Below, one piece after another: positions 1-8,000 of a stretch of 64,000 nt of DNA (within the stretch, counting starts at the first letter, position 1; the number at the start of each line of letters is the position of its first letter). Origin of the DNA: an uncultured Clostridia bacterium. Lineage in GTDB: Bacteria; Bacillota; Clostridia; Christensenellales; QALW01. Position numbers and translations under genes: made by a program. The notes beneath the pieces are model-generated. The model was not told where the DNA came from and searched no databases. It saw nothing but the letters and a program-made list of their open reading frames with translations. The stretch spans positions 1,841-65,840 of the forward strand of contig CAKRZX010000010.1 of the NCBI GenBank assembly GCA_934434555.1, in the 5' to 3' direction.

Positions 1-757
1 GTCGCGTTATATACCCGCCGTCTTTACCCGGAAACAGAATGCCTCTCTTAAACGATTTTAAGGGGGCAACAAGCGGTTCTAACAGAATGACCGAACGTTT
101 CCCCGATTCTGTTTTCGGTGACTTAATTTGCGGTTCTTTTGTAGCCCAACAAAGCGACTTGTTTATAATTATTCTGCGGTTCTCAAAATCAATATCGGAT
201 TTTTCAAGGGCAAGAGCCTCGCCGAGGCGCAACCCCGTAAGCAAAAGGAAATAGGGAAAGAAGTATTTGTCCTTGTTATCTTTTATAATCTGAATCTCTT
301 CCGGTGTAAGGGATTCTCTTTTTGTTTGCGGAAGCGAAGAGGGAACAGATATATATTGGCAACAGTTTTTATCGGTATAGCCTTTTATAATGGCATACTT
401 GAAAACAAGATTAAACACAAGCAAAGTGTTTCGCACGGTTTTCTTCGCATAGCCCTGCATTGCAAGGGATTCCACAAAGCGTTGAATGTCGGACGGCTCA
501 ATATCGGAAATAAACGTCCCCGAGAACTCGTCAAGAATCTTGTTTGACCCGGCAATATATCCGTGAAGAGTATTCGGAGAGAGTTTTGGGAAATGCTCTT
601 TCTGCCATTCTTCAATAATGCTGTCGAGCGTAGATGAGTTTCTGACCGTGTCCTCATACTCCAAAATCTTTCTGCGCACTTCACGTTCGGAGTTCCCTCG
701 GAAAACTTTGCGCAAGCCGTTTATGGTAATCTGATGTTCGACTTTGTACTTTTTCAC
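1..757 (-). CDS. int: Tyrosine recombinase / phage integrase (N-terminal ~252 codons; C-terminus lies left of the window)
   Basis: Not in the ORF track because it has a GTG start at 757 and runs off the edge. My minus-strand translation reads VKKYKVEHQITINGL...EEWQKEHFPKLSPNTLHGY...FPYFLLLTGLRLGEALALEKSDIDF... It shows a SAM-like N-domain and the box-I Arg motif (LTGLRxGE). SD aaggtaggtg lies upstream. Confidence 0.85.
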   Translation of the reverse strand, partial: MKKYKVEHQITINGLRKVFRGNSEREVRRKILEYEDTVRNSSTLDSIIEEWQKEHFPKLSPNTLHGYIAGSNKILDEFSGTFISDIEPSDIQRFVESLAMQGYAKKTVRNTLLVFNLVFKYAIIKGYTDKNCCQYISVPSSLPQTKRESLTPEEIQIIKDNKDKYFFPYFLLLTGLRLGEALALEKSDIDFENRRIIINKSLCWATKEPQIKSPKTESGKRSVILLEPLVAPLKSFKRGILFPGKDGGYITR

Positions 758-841
758 TTTGTTTCACCTACCTTTGAACTATTTGGAATTTCCTAATAGT
801 TGAACGAACTGCTCGAAAAATTCGAGTAGTTGAATTTCTGA

Positions 842-1249
842 TTATATTACCTCCCTCTTATAATACACCCACATAGCGGTTTTGACGAGTTCGGGAGGAA
901 CGTCGAAGTGTTCGGCAACGTCCCACACGGTGCAGTCCTCAAAGAGGAAAGCGTCAAGTTCGTCAAACGGGATAAGCAGTTCGATTTGCTTTTTGGTGGC
1001 GCGGAACTCCATACGCTTAACGTTTATATCGTTGTCGTGTCGGTCATAGTACGCATTTGTGAGGTGGTGAGCGAGTTCGTGAGCGAGAACAAGCCGTTCC
1101 CGGCTTTCGTTTTTGAATATATGGCTGTCAAGCCCTATAAACGTGCCGTAATCGGTATTCAGGCACATAGCGGCAGAGTTCGGACACTTTGCCGAGTGCA
1201 CTTTAATCCCTTGCCGTGCGGCAAGCCCGTACAAATCATTCAGTTGCAT
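842..1249 (-). CDS. ImmA/IrrE-family zinc metallopeptidase (anti-repressor protease)
   Basis: HExxH motif in LVLAHELAHHL. 135 aa. Sits directly downstream of the XRE repressor on the same strand, the classic ImmR-ImmA arrangement. Confidence 0.8.
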   Translation of the reverse strand: MQLNDLYGLAARQGIKVHSAKCPNSAAMCLNTDYGTFIGLDSHIFKNESRERLVLAHELAHHLTNAYYDRHDNDINVKRMEFRATKKQIELLIPFDELDAFLFEDCTVWDVAEHFDVPPELVKTAMWVYYKREVI

Positions 1250-1315
1250 TTTCTTGCCCTCCTTACGGCATACAGTATATCATAGTTAGTGTCCTATAAA
1301 CAGGACTTTGAAAAA

Positions 1316-1657
1316 TTATTTTTTATTTTTCACGAATTCCGCAAATTGGCGGACTTCTTCGAGCATTTCATCGGTGATTCCGTCCTGTGCGTTAAAAAGA
1401 GCAAATTTCAGGTCTGAATCTGATACGGGCGAGGGTTTATCCTCGCTGTTTTCTTCCCAACCCATTAAATAGGCGGGGGTAGTGCCTAATGCTTTGGCAA
1501 GGGACGCTATCTTATCCCTTTTCATATTTTCAATCATACCCGTTTCCCATTTGCGGACGGTGCTTTTTCCGACACCGACAACGGAAGCGACTTGCTCTAA
1601 CGTAAGTCCTTTTTCACGGCGAAGTCTTCTTATTTTTTCAGCCATTTCGTTGTCCAT
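1316..1657 (-). CDS. XRE-family HTH repressor (CI/ImmR-like)
   Basis: N-terminal HTH_3 signature (IRRLRREKGLTLEQVASVVGVGKSTVRKWETG). Transcribed divergently from the early lytic genes. Confidence 0.85.
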   Translation of the reverse strand: MDNEMAEKIRRLRREKGLTLEQVASVVGVGKSTVRKWETGMIENMKRDKIASLAKALGTTPAYLMGWEENSEDKPSPVSDSDLKFALFNAQDGITDEMLEEVRQFAEFVKNKK

Positions 1658-1690
1658 TATCTTTCACCTCAATTAAAAAGTTGCATAAAT

Positions 1691-1719
1691 ATAATAGCAC
1701 ATTCGTGTCTTTAACGCAA
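1691..1719 (-). promoter_or_regulatory. Putative sigma-A promoter for the repressor operon
   Basis: On the minus strand: TTGCGT, 17 nt, TATTAT. The 10-mer GTGTCTTTAA (1705-1714) lies in the spacer. Confidence 0.5.
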
Positions 1720-1768
1720 CAAAAATTTTCTTAAAAGAAAAAAGTTTCGCAAAAGATACAAAAAAGTG

Positions 1769-1797
1769 TTGACAAGGACACGCGGACGTGATAGAAT
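1769..1797 (+). promoter_or_regulatory. Putative early lytic sigma-A promoter
   Basis: TTGACA (1769-1774), 17 nt spacer with a TG-extended element, then TAGAAT (1792-1797). Lies 43 nt upstream of the Cro-like gene. Flanked by operator-like copies of GTGTCTTTAA (1802-1811) and the inverted AAGGACAC (1774-1781). Confidence 0.65.
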
Positions 1798-1839
1798 ACA
1801 GGTGTCTTTAAGGAAACAAGACGAAAGGAGGCGATATAA

Positions 1840-2034
1840 ATGGACAAAGCACTTTTGGAATATGAGATGAAAAAGAAAAATATATCAATCGGAAAAATGT
1901 GTGAGATTCTCGGCATTTCAAGGTCTGCATTTTATCGAAAATGCAATGGACTATCGGAGTTTTCGCAAGGTGAGATTAAGATGGTAATGACGGCTCTCAA
2001 CCTTGAATCACCAGTGGATATTTTTTTTAATTAA
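1840..2034 (+). CDS. Small HTH protein, Cro/antirepressor-like
   Basis: 64 aa. HTH-like segment ISIGKMCEILGISRSAFYRKCNG. First gene of the rightward early operon. SD aggagg. Confidence 0.6.
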   Translation: MDKALLEYEMKKKNISIGKMCEILGISRSAFYRKCNGLSEFSQGEIKMVMTALNLESPVDIFFN

Positions 2035-2042
2035 GAAGTGTC

Positions 2043-2510
2043 CTAAAAGAAACGACTTGAAAAACACCCTAAAAGCAACAAAAGCGTGGGAATCAGAGCA
2101 GAGATTATGATGATAATTACGATAGTCAATATATTAGTTGCTTTATTGGACAATGCAAACTTTTCGGTCATTTTAGCCCCCATAAAGAGACCTAACGGCA
2201 AATACCACCAAAACAAAATGATGTTTGAATAGAAAAACACCTTAATCCACAGTCCGAAAGTTATGCGACTTAGTGCAGAAGAACTTTTTGACGAAGACGA
2301 GTTTGTTTCATCGTCAAAGTTGTATGGACATTTGCCGTTTTTGTGCTGATGAGCGGGATAGCCGTGGTGGTAGTGATATTCGCCGGTAGACCTATCGAAA
2401 TGTCCGCCGTAAGAATCAGTCCTACCGCTGTGAGAGAACACCTGAGTGTTACAACACACGAGAAAAAGCAGTGCAATAAAAACGAACGTAAATTTTTTCA
2501 TAACAATCAC
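2043..2510 (-). CDS. YHYH-motif membrane protein (lysogeny-side moron)
   Basis: Signal/anchor sequence (FTFVFIALLFLVCC). GGHFDRSTGEYHYHHGYPAH motif. Two or three C-terminal TM helices. Oriented opposite to the early genes. The start may be at 2501 (MKKF). Confidence 0.6.
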   Translation of the reverse strand: MIVMKKFTFVFIALLFLVCCNTQVFSHSGRTDSYGGHFDRSTGEYHYHHGYPAHQHKNGKCPYNFDDETNSSSSKSSSALSRITFGLWIKVFFYSNIILFWWYLPLGLFMGAKMTEKFALSNKATNILTIVIIIIISALIPTLLLLLGCFSSRFF

Positions 2511-2559
2511 CTAAACAAATTTTAACATAATCATTATTGAATGTCAAGGAGGCAGGAAG

Positions 2560-2724
2560 ATGACAAAAAGAACGGTAACGCTGAAATTACAGAGACGCGA
2601 AGTTGGAAAACTGCTTGTGGCATTGACCGCAGTGTCAATGTCCACGGACGGCAGCGCAAGTGAGTGGCAACCGCTTCACGACAAGATTAAGCAAATGCTG
2701 GATGACGCTGATAAGGAGGACTAA
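2560..2724 (+). CDS. Hypothetical small protein (54 aa)
   Basis: Not in the track (<60 aa). ATG preceded by aaggagg. Tightly packed with the next gene. Translation MTKRTVTLKLQRREVGKLLVALTAV... Confidence 0.45.
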   Translation: MTKRTVTLKLQRREVGKLLVALTAVSMSTDGSASEWQPLHDKIKQMLDDADKED

Positions 2725-2727
2725 GAA

Positions 2728-2946
2728 ATGAAACAGACAATGACGGACGAACAGGTGGAACAGGAGATAGCAAGGCTTATGGGTTCGGAGGCGGTTCGCC
2801 TCGCCAAAAAGGAAATGCGGATTAAGAACCGCAGACGGCAGTATATGTACGGGCTTCGCAACCTTGAAAAGCGGGGCAAGGAACTTATGGCACAGGGCGT
2901 GACTTTTGACGAGTTGGACAGGCTCGACATAGAAGAGGAGGAGTAG
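2728..2946 (+). CDS. Hypothetical early protein
   Basis: 72 aa. SD aaggagg. Charged, coiled-coil-like. Confidence 0.5.
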   Translation: MKQTMTDEQVEQEIARLMGSEAVRLAKKEMRIKNRRRQYMYGLRNLEKRGKELMAQGVTFDELDRLDIEEEE

Positions 2947-2949
2947 AAA

Positions 2950-3147
2950 ATGACAAACTCAACGTATCGGGAAACGGTGGCGGACCTTCTTGCCAAGACG
3001 GGCGGGGCAATATATCTGCCCGACGCATACTGGCAGAAAGTTCTCGGCGTGGGACGGACAAACTACGCAAAGTTGGTAGGCAGGACAAAACGCCCAATAT
3101 CGGTGTATCAAATGGCGAAAATCGTACTGGGAGGGGATACAAAATGA
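2950..3147 (+). CDS. Hypothetical early protein (possible HTH)
   Basis: 65 aa. Start is coupled to the previous stop. Confidence 0.45.
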   Translation: MTNSTYRETVADLLAKTGGAIYLPDAYWQKVLGVGRTNYAKLVGRTKRPISVYQMAKIVLGGDTK

Positions 3148-3314
3148 AAAAGTGGCATAAATCAGAGTGGGACATTCTGCTCCCGAGAAAGTGGAAGTAC
3201 AACAGAATCTATGCCGGGAGTATTGCGTGGACTATCGTAAGGGCTTTTCAGATTCTGCTCGGCGTATTGGGATTCGTTATGTTTGACGTGCTGCTTTGCC
3301 TGATAGCGGGATAG
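3144..3314 (+). CDS. Hypothetical small membrane protein (56 aa)
   Basis: Not in the track. ATGA overlap with the previous gene. Hydrophobic C-terminus (IAWTIVRAFQILLGVLGFVMFDVLLCLIAG). Confidence 0.4.
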   Translation: MKKWHKSEWDILLPRKWKYNRIYAGSIAWTIVRAFQILLGVLGFVMFDVLLCLIAG

Positions 3315-3325
3315 GGGGAATGGGA

Positions 3326-3523
3326 ATGGAACGTTATGAAAATGACTGCGTTGACTGCGGAATCTACGGCAAATGCGGGTCTTGCCCCCTTAACGAAGAG
3401 TACGCCCACTATTACTGTGACCGCTGCGGCGGTGAAATTGACGAGAACGAACACTATTCCAACGAGGAATACGAGGATTTGTGCGAGGACTGTCTGAAAG
3501 ACATTTACAGCAAGGAGTGTTGA
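3326..3523 (+). CDS. Small acidic Cys-rich (zinc-ribbon-like) protein
   Basis: CxxC pairs (CVDCG...CGSCP...CDRCG...CEDC). The track ORF begins at 3296, but the SD-spaced ATG is at 3320 or 3326. Confidence 0.5.
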   Translation: MERYENDCVDCGIYGKCGSCPLNEEYAHYYCDRCGGEIDENEHYSNEEYEDLCEDCLKDIYSKEC

Positions 3524-3526
3524 GGA

Positions 3527-4450
3527 ATGATAAAGAAAATATCGACAGCCGACAGAGAAGCGTGGAAGTCGCTCCGGCACGGATACATAGGCGGGTCTGA
3601 CGCTGCGTCCGTGGTAGGTCTTAACCCTTTTAAGAGTGCATACGCCCTGTGGGCGGAAAAGACAGACAAGGCACCGTCGTTCGGCGGAAACCTTGCAACG
3701 GAGGTAGGGACTTTCCTTGAAGAGTTTGTTGCGCAGAAATTCGCGGAGCAAACGAGGAAAAAGGTTCGGAAGGTCAATCAGAGTTTCTTAAACGACGCAT
3801 ATCCCTTTGCGATAGCAAACATCGACCGGGATATCGTGGGTGAGGACGCGGGTCTTGAAATAAAGACGACATCGGAAATGAACCTGACGAAGTTCAAAAA
3901 CGGCGAATATCCCGCAAATTACTATGTGCAATGTGTCCATTATCTTGCCGTCACCGGCAAGGCAAAATGGTATCTTGCGGTCCTTATAGGCAACAGGGAG
4001 TTCCGCACATTTGAGATAGAGCGGGACGAAGCAGAAATAAACGCCCTTATGAATGCCGAAAAGGACTTTTGGGAATTGGTTAAGACAGACACTCCTCCCG
4101 CGCCCGACGGCTCGGACAGCACGTCCGAAACGATAAGCGTTATTTATCCCGAATCGGACGACGAAACGGTAGACTTGACCGCCTATGAGGGCGATATGAA
4201 ACAGTACATTGCCCTCACAAGCCAAATAAAAGGGCTTACAGCCATTAAAGACGAATTGGCGAACAAGGTTAAGGCTTATATGGGAAAAGCGGGCAGAGGG
4301 GTATCTGAGGGCTTTAAGGTGGCATATACGTCCTCAGTGAGAAACACATTTGACGCAAAGCGGTTCTCGGCAGACTATCCGAATATGGATTTGTCGGGGT
4401 ATTACAAGCAAAGTTCGGTACGGACTTTCAGGTTGACGGAAATAAATTAG
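3527..4450 (+). CDS. YqaJ-like viral recombinase exonuclease (lambda Exo-type PD-(D/E)xK)
   Basis: N-terminal motifs REAWKSLRHGYIGGSDAASVVGLNPFKSAYALW, plus ...GLEIKT... and ...QCVHYLAVTG. Sits directly upstream of recT. Confidence 0.8.
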   Translation: MIKKISTADREAWKSLRHGYIGGSDAASVVGLNPFKSAYALWAEKTDKAPSFGGNLATEVGTFLEEFVAQKFAEQTRKKVRKVNQSFLNDAYPFAIANIDRDIVGEDAGLEIKTTSEMNLTKFKNGEYPANYYVQCVHYLAVTGKAKWYLAVLIGNREFRTFEIERDEAEINALMNAEKDFWELVKTDTPPAPDGSDSTSETISVIYPESDDETVDLTAYEGDMKQYIALTSQIKGLTAIKDELANKVKAYMGKAGRGVSEGFKVAYTSSVRNTFDAKRFSADYPNMDLSGYYKQSSVRTFRLTEIN

Positions 4451-4467
4451 TTAGGAGATAAATAAAA

Positions 4468-5280
4468 ATGACAGCGAAAATTCAGAATCAGGTGGCAAAA
4501 ACCACCGAAAAGAAAACAATGCAGGCGTACATCCAGTCAATGCAGGGCGAAATAAAAAAGGCTCTGCCGTCGGTAATAACACCGGAAAGGTTCACACGAA
4601 TGGTATTATCGGCACTTTCGGTAAATCCGAAGTTGGGAGCCTGTACTCCCGCGTCGTTCCTTGGTGCAATGATGTCGGCGGCACAGTTAGGTCTTGAACC
4701 AAACACACCGCTCGGACAGGCATATCTTATTCCGTATAAAAACAAGGGTGTTGACGAAGTACAATTTCAGGTAGGGTATAAAGGGCTTCTTGACCTGGCG
4801 TACCGCAGCGGAGAAATAGACATAATCCAGGCGCACGTCGTTTATGAAAATGACGAGTTTGAATGTGAATACGGACTTGAACCCAAACTTACCCACAAGC
4901 CCGCGGATAAGGACAGGGGAGAGGCTATCAAGGTTTATGCGGTATTCAGAACGAAAAGCGGCGGTTACGGGTTTGAGGTAATGTCTATGGACGACGTAAA
5001 GAAGCATGCCGAAAAGTATTCACAGGCATATAAGTCGGGCTATTCGCCCTGGCAGAAGAATTTCGAGGAAATGGCAAAGAAAACGGTATTAAAGCGCGTA
5101 CTCAAATATGCGCCGTTGAAATCAGACTTTGTTCGCGGAATAGTCCAGGACGAAAGTATTAAGAGCGAGATATCAGAGGATATGTACGAAGTCCACAATG
5201 AAATCGTGTACGAGGTCGACAGCGAAACGGGAGAGGTGATTAACAGTGACACAACATCAGGCAATTCAGAATTACATTAA
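4468..5280 (+). CDS. recT: RecT-family single-strand annealing protein
   Basis: ERFTRMVLSALSVNPKLGACTPASFLGAMMSAAQLGLEPNTPLGQAYLIPY...VQFQVGYKGLLDLAYRSGE is typical RecT core sequence. Confidence 0.85.
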   Translation: MTAKIQNQVAKTTEKKTMQAYIQSMQGEIKKALPSVITPERFTRMVLSALSVNPKLGACTPASFLGAMMSAAQLGLEPNTPLGQAYLIPYKNKGVDEVQFQVGYKGLLDLAYRSGEIDIIQAHVVYENDEFECEYGLEPKLTHKPADKDRGEAIKVYAVFRTKSGGYGFEVMSMDDVKKHAEKYSQAYKSGYSPWQKNFEEMAKKTVLKRVLKYAPLKSDFVRGIVQDESIKSEISEDMYEVHNEIVYEVDSETGEVINSDTTSGNSELH

Positions 5281-5467
5281 GGATTTCGGGTCAATAACGC
5301 CAATGCAGGCGTTCTCTGACCTGGGAATCACCAAACTTGCAACAAGGGTAAGCGAAATGCGCAAGGACGGTCTTGAATTCAATATTGAGACCGTGAAAGA
5401 GAAAAACAGGTTCGGAAAAACCGTTGTATTTGCAAGATACAGTTTCAGAGAGGGGGCGGAGCAATGA
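5246..5467 (+). CDS. Small winged-helix/HTH DNA-binding protein
   Basis: 73 aa. [26 protein letters not shown] resembles the HTH_36-like pattern. Confidence 0.45.
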   Translation: MTQHQAIQNYIKDFGSITPMQAFSDLGITKLATRVSEMRKDGLEFNIETVKEKNRFGKTVVFARYSFREGAEQ

Positions 5468-5865
5468 ACAGGGCAATGCTTATCGGCAGACTTACAAGAG
5501 ACCCGGAACTGCGCGCCACGCCCTCAGGCGTAAGCGTATGTACGTTTTCACTTGCGGTAGACCGTCGGTTTAAGCAGGACGGTCAGCCGCAGGCAGATTT
5601 TATTCCGGTAGTCGTTTGGCGCGGTCAGGCAGATAACTGCGCAAAGTATCTGCGCAAGGGAAGTCAGGCAGCGGTGTGCGGTTCAATTCAGACACGCACT
5701 TATGACGCGCAGGACGGCAGAAAGGTATCTGTAACGGAAGTTATTGCCGAAGAGGTGCAATTCCTCTCCCCGAAGTCAAACGGGGCGGAGAATGGCTCTC
5801 AGACGGCTCAAAACGGATTTGACGAGCCGTTTCAGGAAGTGACGGACGATGATGTGCCGTTTTAG
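5464..5865 (+). CDS. ssb: Single-stranded DNA-binding protein
   Basis: OB-fold N-terminus [17 protein letters not shown], then ...[11 protein letters not shown], and an acidic tail ending DDDVPF. Confidence 0.9.
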   Translation: MNRAMLIGRLTRDPELRATPSGVSVCTFSLAVDRRFKQDGQPQADFIPVVVWRGQADNCAKYLRKGSQAAVCGSIQTRTYDAQDGRKVSVTEVIAEEVQFLSPKSNGAENGSQTAQNGFDEPFQEVTDDDVPF

Positions 5866-5881
5866 GGAGGCGGTATCGGAA

Positions 5882-7063
5882 ATGATTAAGTTACTTATCG
5901 GCGGTAGTCCGTGTACATTTTGGAGTATCGCCCAAAAGAACAACAGAGAAACAGAGCCGAGCGGAACCGGTTGGGAATTGTTCAAAAATTATCTCGTCGC
6001 AAAAGAAAAATTTAAGCCGGACTTCTTTCTGTACGAAAATAATAAATCGGCTGCGCAAGCGATAAAAGACCAAATAAGCCGTGAGTTGGACGTGGACTTG
6101 ATGTGTATCAATTCGGCATTGGTATCGGCGCAAAACAGACAACGTTTTTATGCGTTTAACTGGAAAGTCGACCAACCTGCCGACCGAGGAATCCTGTTAA
6201 AGGATATCCTTGAAAGCGGAATTACCGATAAAGAAAAAGCCTACTGTCTGACACATCTTTGCGGCAACACAAGAGATTACTTCAAAAAGCATCATACGCA
6301 AATAATATTAGAACCGATAAGGATTCCCGAATACGGTATGTCCGACAAGGCTCGTCCTCTTAATGCGCACTATCCGAATAACTGCGGAGGATGGGAACAA
6401 AGGGTTTGTTCCGACAATCCGAAAAAGCAACAGGTTGACTTAATTTGTGAACCGATAAGATTAGGTGATATCGGGAGCAATGCCCAAGCTCACAGAGTAT
6501 ATTCCTGCTACGGAAAATCGGTAACATTGAGTGCAAACGGTGGTGGGCAGGGTGGAAAAAAAGGGCTTTACTTCGTGCCTATACCCGAAAAATTAAAAAA
6601 TTATGTTTGTGATAAAGGCAAAATATATCAAGTGCAGGATGCAAAGATATCTACAAAGTTCGGGACATTTGATATTGCTCTTCCTGACGGATTTTATCTT
6701 ATCCGAAAACTTACGGTTAAAGAGTGCTGCCGATTGCAAACTATGCCTGACGATTATTGCAGAGCGGTATCTGCTCAACAAGGGTATAAAGGACTTGGCA
6801 ACGGATGGACAGCAGAAGTGATTATTCATATACTGAACGGTGCCTTAAAAGAAATCCCCAAAGATGAGGAAATAGTTGTTCTTTCGATGTATGACGGAAT
6901 CGGAACGGGCAGGTATTGCCTTGACAAAATGGGATTCAAAAATGTTAAGTATTACGCTTATGAAATTGATAAATACGCAAAGCAGATTGCGATGAGCAAT
7001 TATCCCGACATTATTCAAATGGGAGATGCATTTGCAATAAGAGAGGAAAATTGGAAAATATGA
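5882..7063 (+). CDS. DNA (cytosine-5) methyltransferase, apparently circularly permuted (motifs IV-X precede I-III)
   Basis: GGSPC (PC at 5909-5914), FFLYENN, SAQNRQRF, RKLTVKECCRLQTMPDDY (from 6704), YKGLGNGWT, then LSMYDGIGTG (DGIGTG at 6893-6910), YEID, GDA near the C-terminus. The SD-spaced ATG is at 5882; the track start is 5849. Confidence 0.75.
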   Translation: MIKLLIGGSPCTFWSIAQKNNRETEPSGTGWELFKNYLVAKEKFKPDFFLYENNKSAAQAIKDQISRELDVDLMCINSALVSAQNRQRFYAFNWKVDQPADRGILLKDILESGITDKEKAYCLTHLCGNTRDYFKKHHTQIILEPIRIPEYGMSDKARPLNAHYPNNCGGWEQRVCSDNPKKQQVDLICEPIRLGDIGSNAQAHRVYSCYGKSVTLSANGGGQGGKKGLYFVPIPEKLKNYVCDKGKIYQVQDAKISTKFGTFDIALPDGFYLIRKLTVKECCRLQTMPDDYCRAVSAQQGYKGLGNGWTAEVIIHILNGALKEIPKDEEIVVLSMYDGIGTGRYCLDKMGFKNVKYYAYEIDKYAKQIAMSNYPDIIQMGDAFAIREENWKI

Positions 7064-7080
7064 AGTGGAGGGTAGTTTAG

Positions 7081-7845
7081 ATGGCGGAGAAGAGAATGTT
7101 CGCAAAGACTATAATTGATTCAGACACGTTTATGGATATGCCGTTATCAACGCAGGCATTGTACTTTCACTTGTCAATGAGAGCAGATGATGACGGCTTT
7201 ATCAACAATCCAAAGAAAATACAAAGGATGATAGGGGCTTCCGAGGACGATTTGAAGGTGTTGATAGTCAAAAGGTACATATTACCTTTCGACAGCGGTG
7301 TTGTTGTAATTAAGCATTGGAAAATACATAATGCAATAAAAAAGGACCGTTACAAACCAACGCTTTTCATAGAGGAAAAATCGTCATTAGACGTAAAAGG
7401 CAATGGCGAATATATGGAGCGGAGCACAACCGGAGCCACTTTGGAACCCAAACGGAGCCAGACCGGAACCCAAATGGAGCCGCTTTGGAACACAACCGGA
7501 ACCACTTTGGAACCACAGGTAAGGGAAGTAAAGATTAGTTTAGTAGAGTGTAGTGGAGGAAAGTGTAGTGGAGAGGAAAACACCCCTTCCCCCGCCTTGC
7601 ACGGCAAATTTAAGAACGTTGAGTTATCTGATGAGGATTATAACGCGCTAAAAAACGACTTCCCCACGCAGTATGAGGACTATATCGAGAAGTTGAGTTG
7701 CTATATGGCAGGCAAAAAGAAGTCGTACGACAATCATTACGCGACAATTGTTAAGTGGATTACTGAGGATAACGGTAAACAGAGCAAGAGAGAATCCGGC
7801 AATAATATTTTTCTTCAAATAGCAAGCGAGGAGGGCATTGTATGA
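7081..7845 (+). CDS. Phage replisome organizer (DnaD-like N-terminal domain)
   Basis: MFAKTIIDSDTFMDMPLSTQALYFHLSMRADDDGFINNPKKI is the characteristic replisome-organizer N-domain. An internal iteron array is present. Confidence 0.75.
   Translation: MAEKRMFAKTIIDSDTFMDMPLSTQALYFHLSMRADDDGFINNPKKIQRMIGASEDDLKVLIVKRYILPFDSGVVVIKHWKIHNAIKKDRYKPTLFIEEKSSLDVKGNGEYMERSTTGATLEPKRSQTGTQMEPLWNTTGTTLEPQVREVKISLVECSGGKCSGEENTPSPALHGKFKNVELSDEDYNALKNDFPTQYEDYIEKLSCYMAGKKKSYDNHYATIVKWITEDNGKQSKRESGNNIFLQIASEEGIV
7416..7573. repeat. Iteron array (putative phage origin of replication) inside the replisome-organizer gene
   Basis: GGARCN hexamers start at 7421, 7432, 7443, 7454, 7465, 7476, 7487, 7498 and 7509, an exact 11-bp phase. 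The 24-mer CACAACCGGARCCACTTTGGAACC occurs at 7425-7448 and 7491-7514. The 12-mer AGTGTAGTGGAG occurs at 7547-7558 and 7562-7573. Confidence 0.65.
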
Positions 7846-8000
7846 CAAACTACGAGCGCATAAAGGCAATGAGCGTGGAGGAAATGGCAAGTCTGATTGA
7901 TGACATCCAAACAGATGCATTATTTCTTGAAGGAACAATCAACGACCTTAAATATCCGACAGACTGGGGAAAATGGCTTAATTCGGAGGCAGACGAATGA
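7842..8000 (+). CDS. Hypothetical small protein (52 aa)
   Basis: Not in the track. SD gaggag. ATGA overlaps at both ends. Confidence 0.4.
   Translation: MTNYERIKAMSVEEMASLIDDIQTDALFLEGTINDLKYPTDWGKWLNSEADE

Noticed and set aside
128-684. Track ORFs 128-547 (+) and 385-684 (-) at the left edge
   Set aside because: A different minus-strand frame (GTG start at 757, open to position 1) gives a clear tyrosine-integrase translation. The listed ORFs are shadows of it.
805-830. Small palindrome CTCGAAAAATTCGAG (811-825) between immA and int as an att core or terminator
   Set aside because: It has only a 5-bp stem and no T-run. It lies inside the element rather than at its end. Evidence is insufficient.
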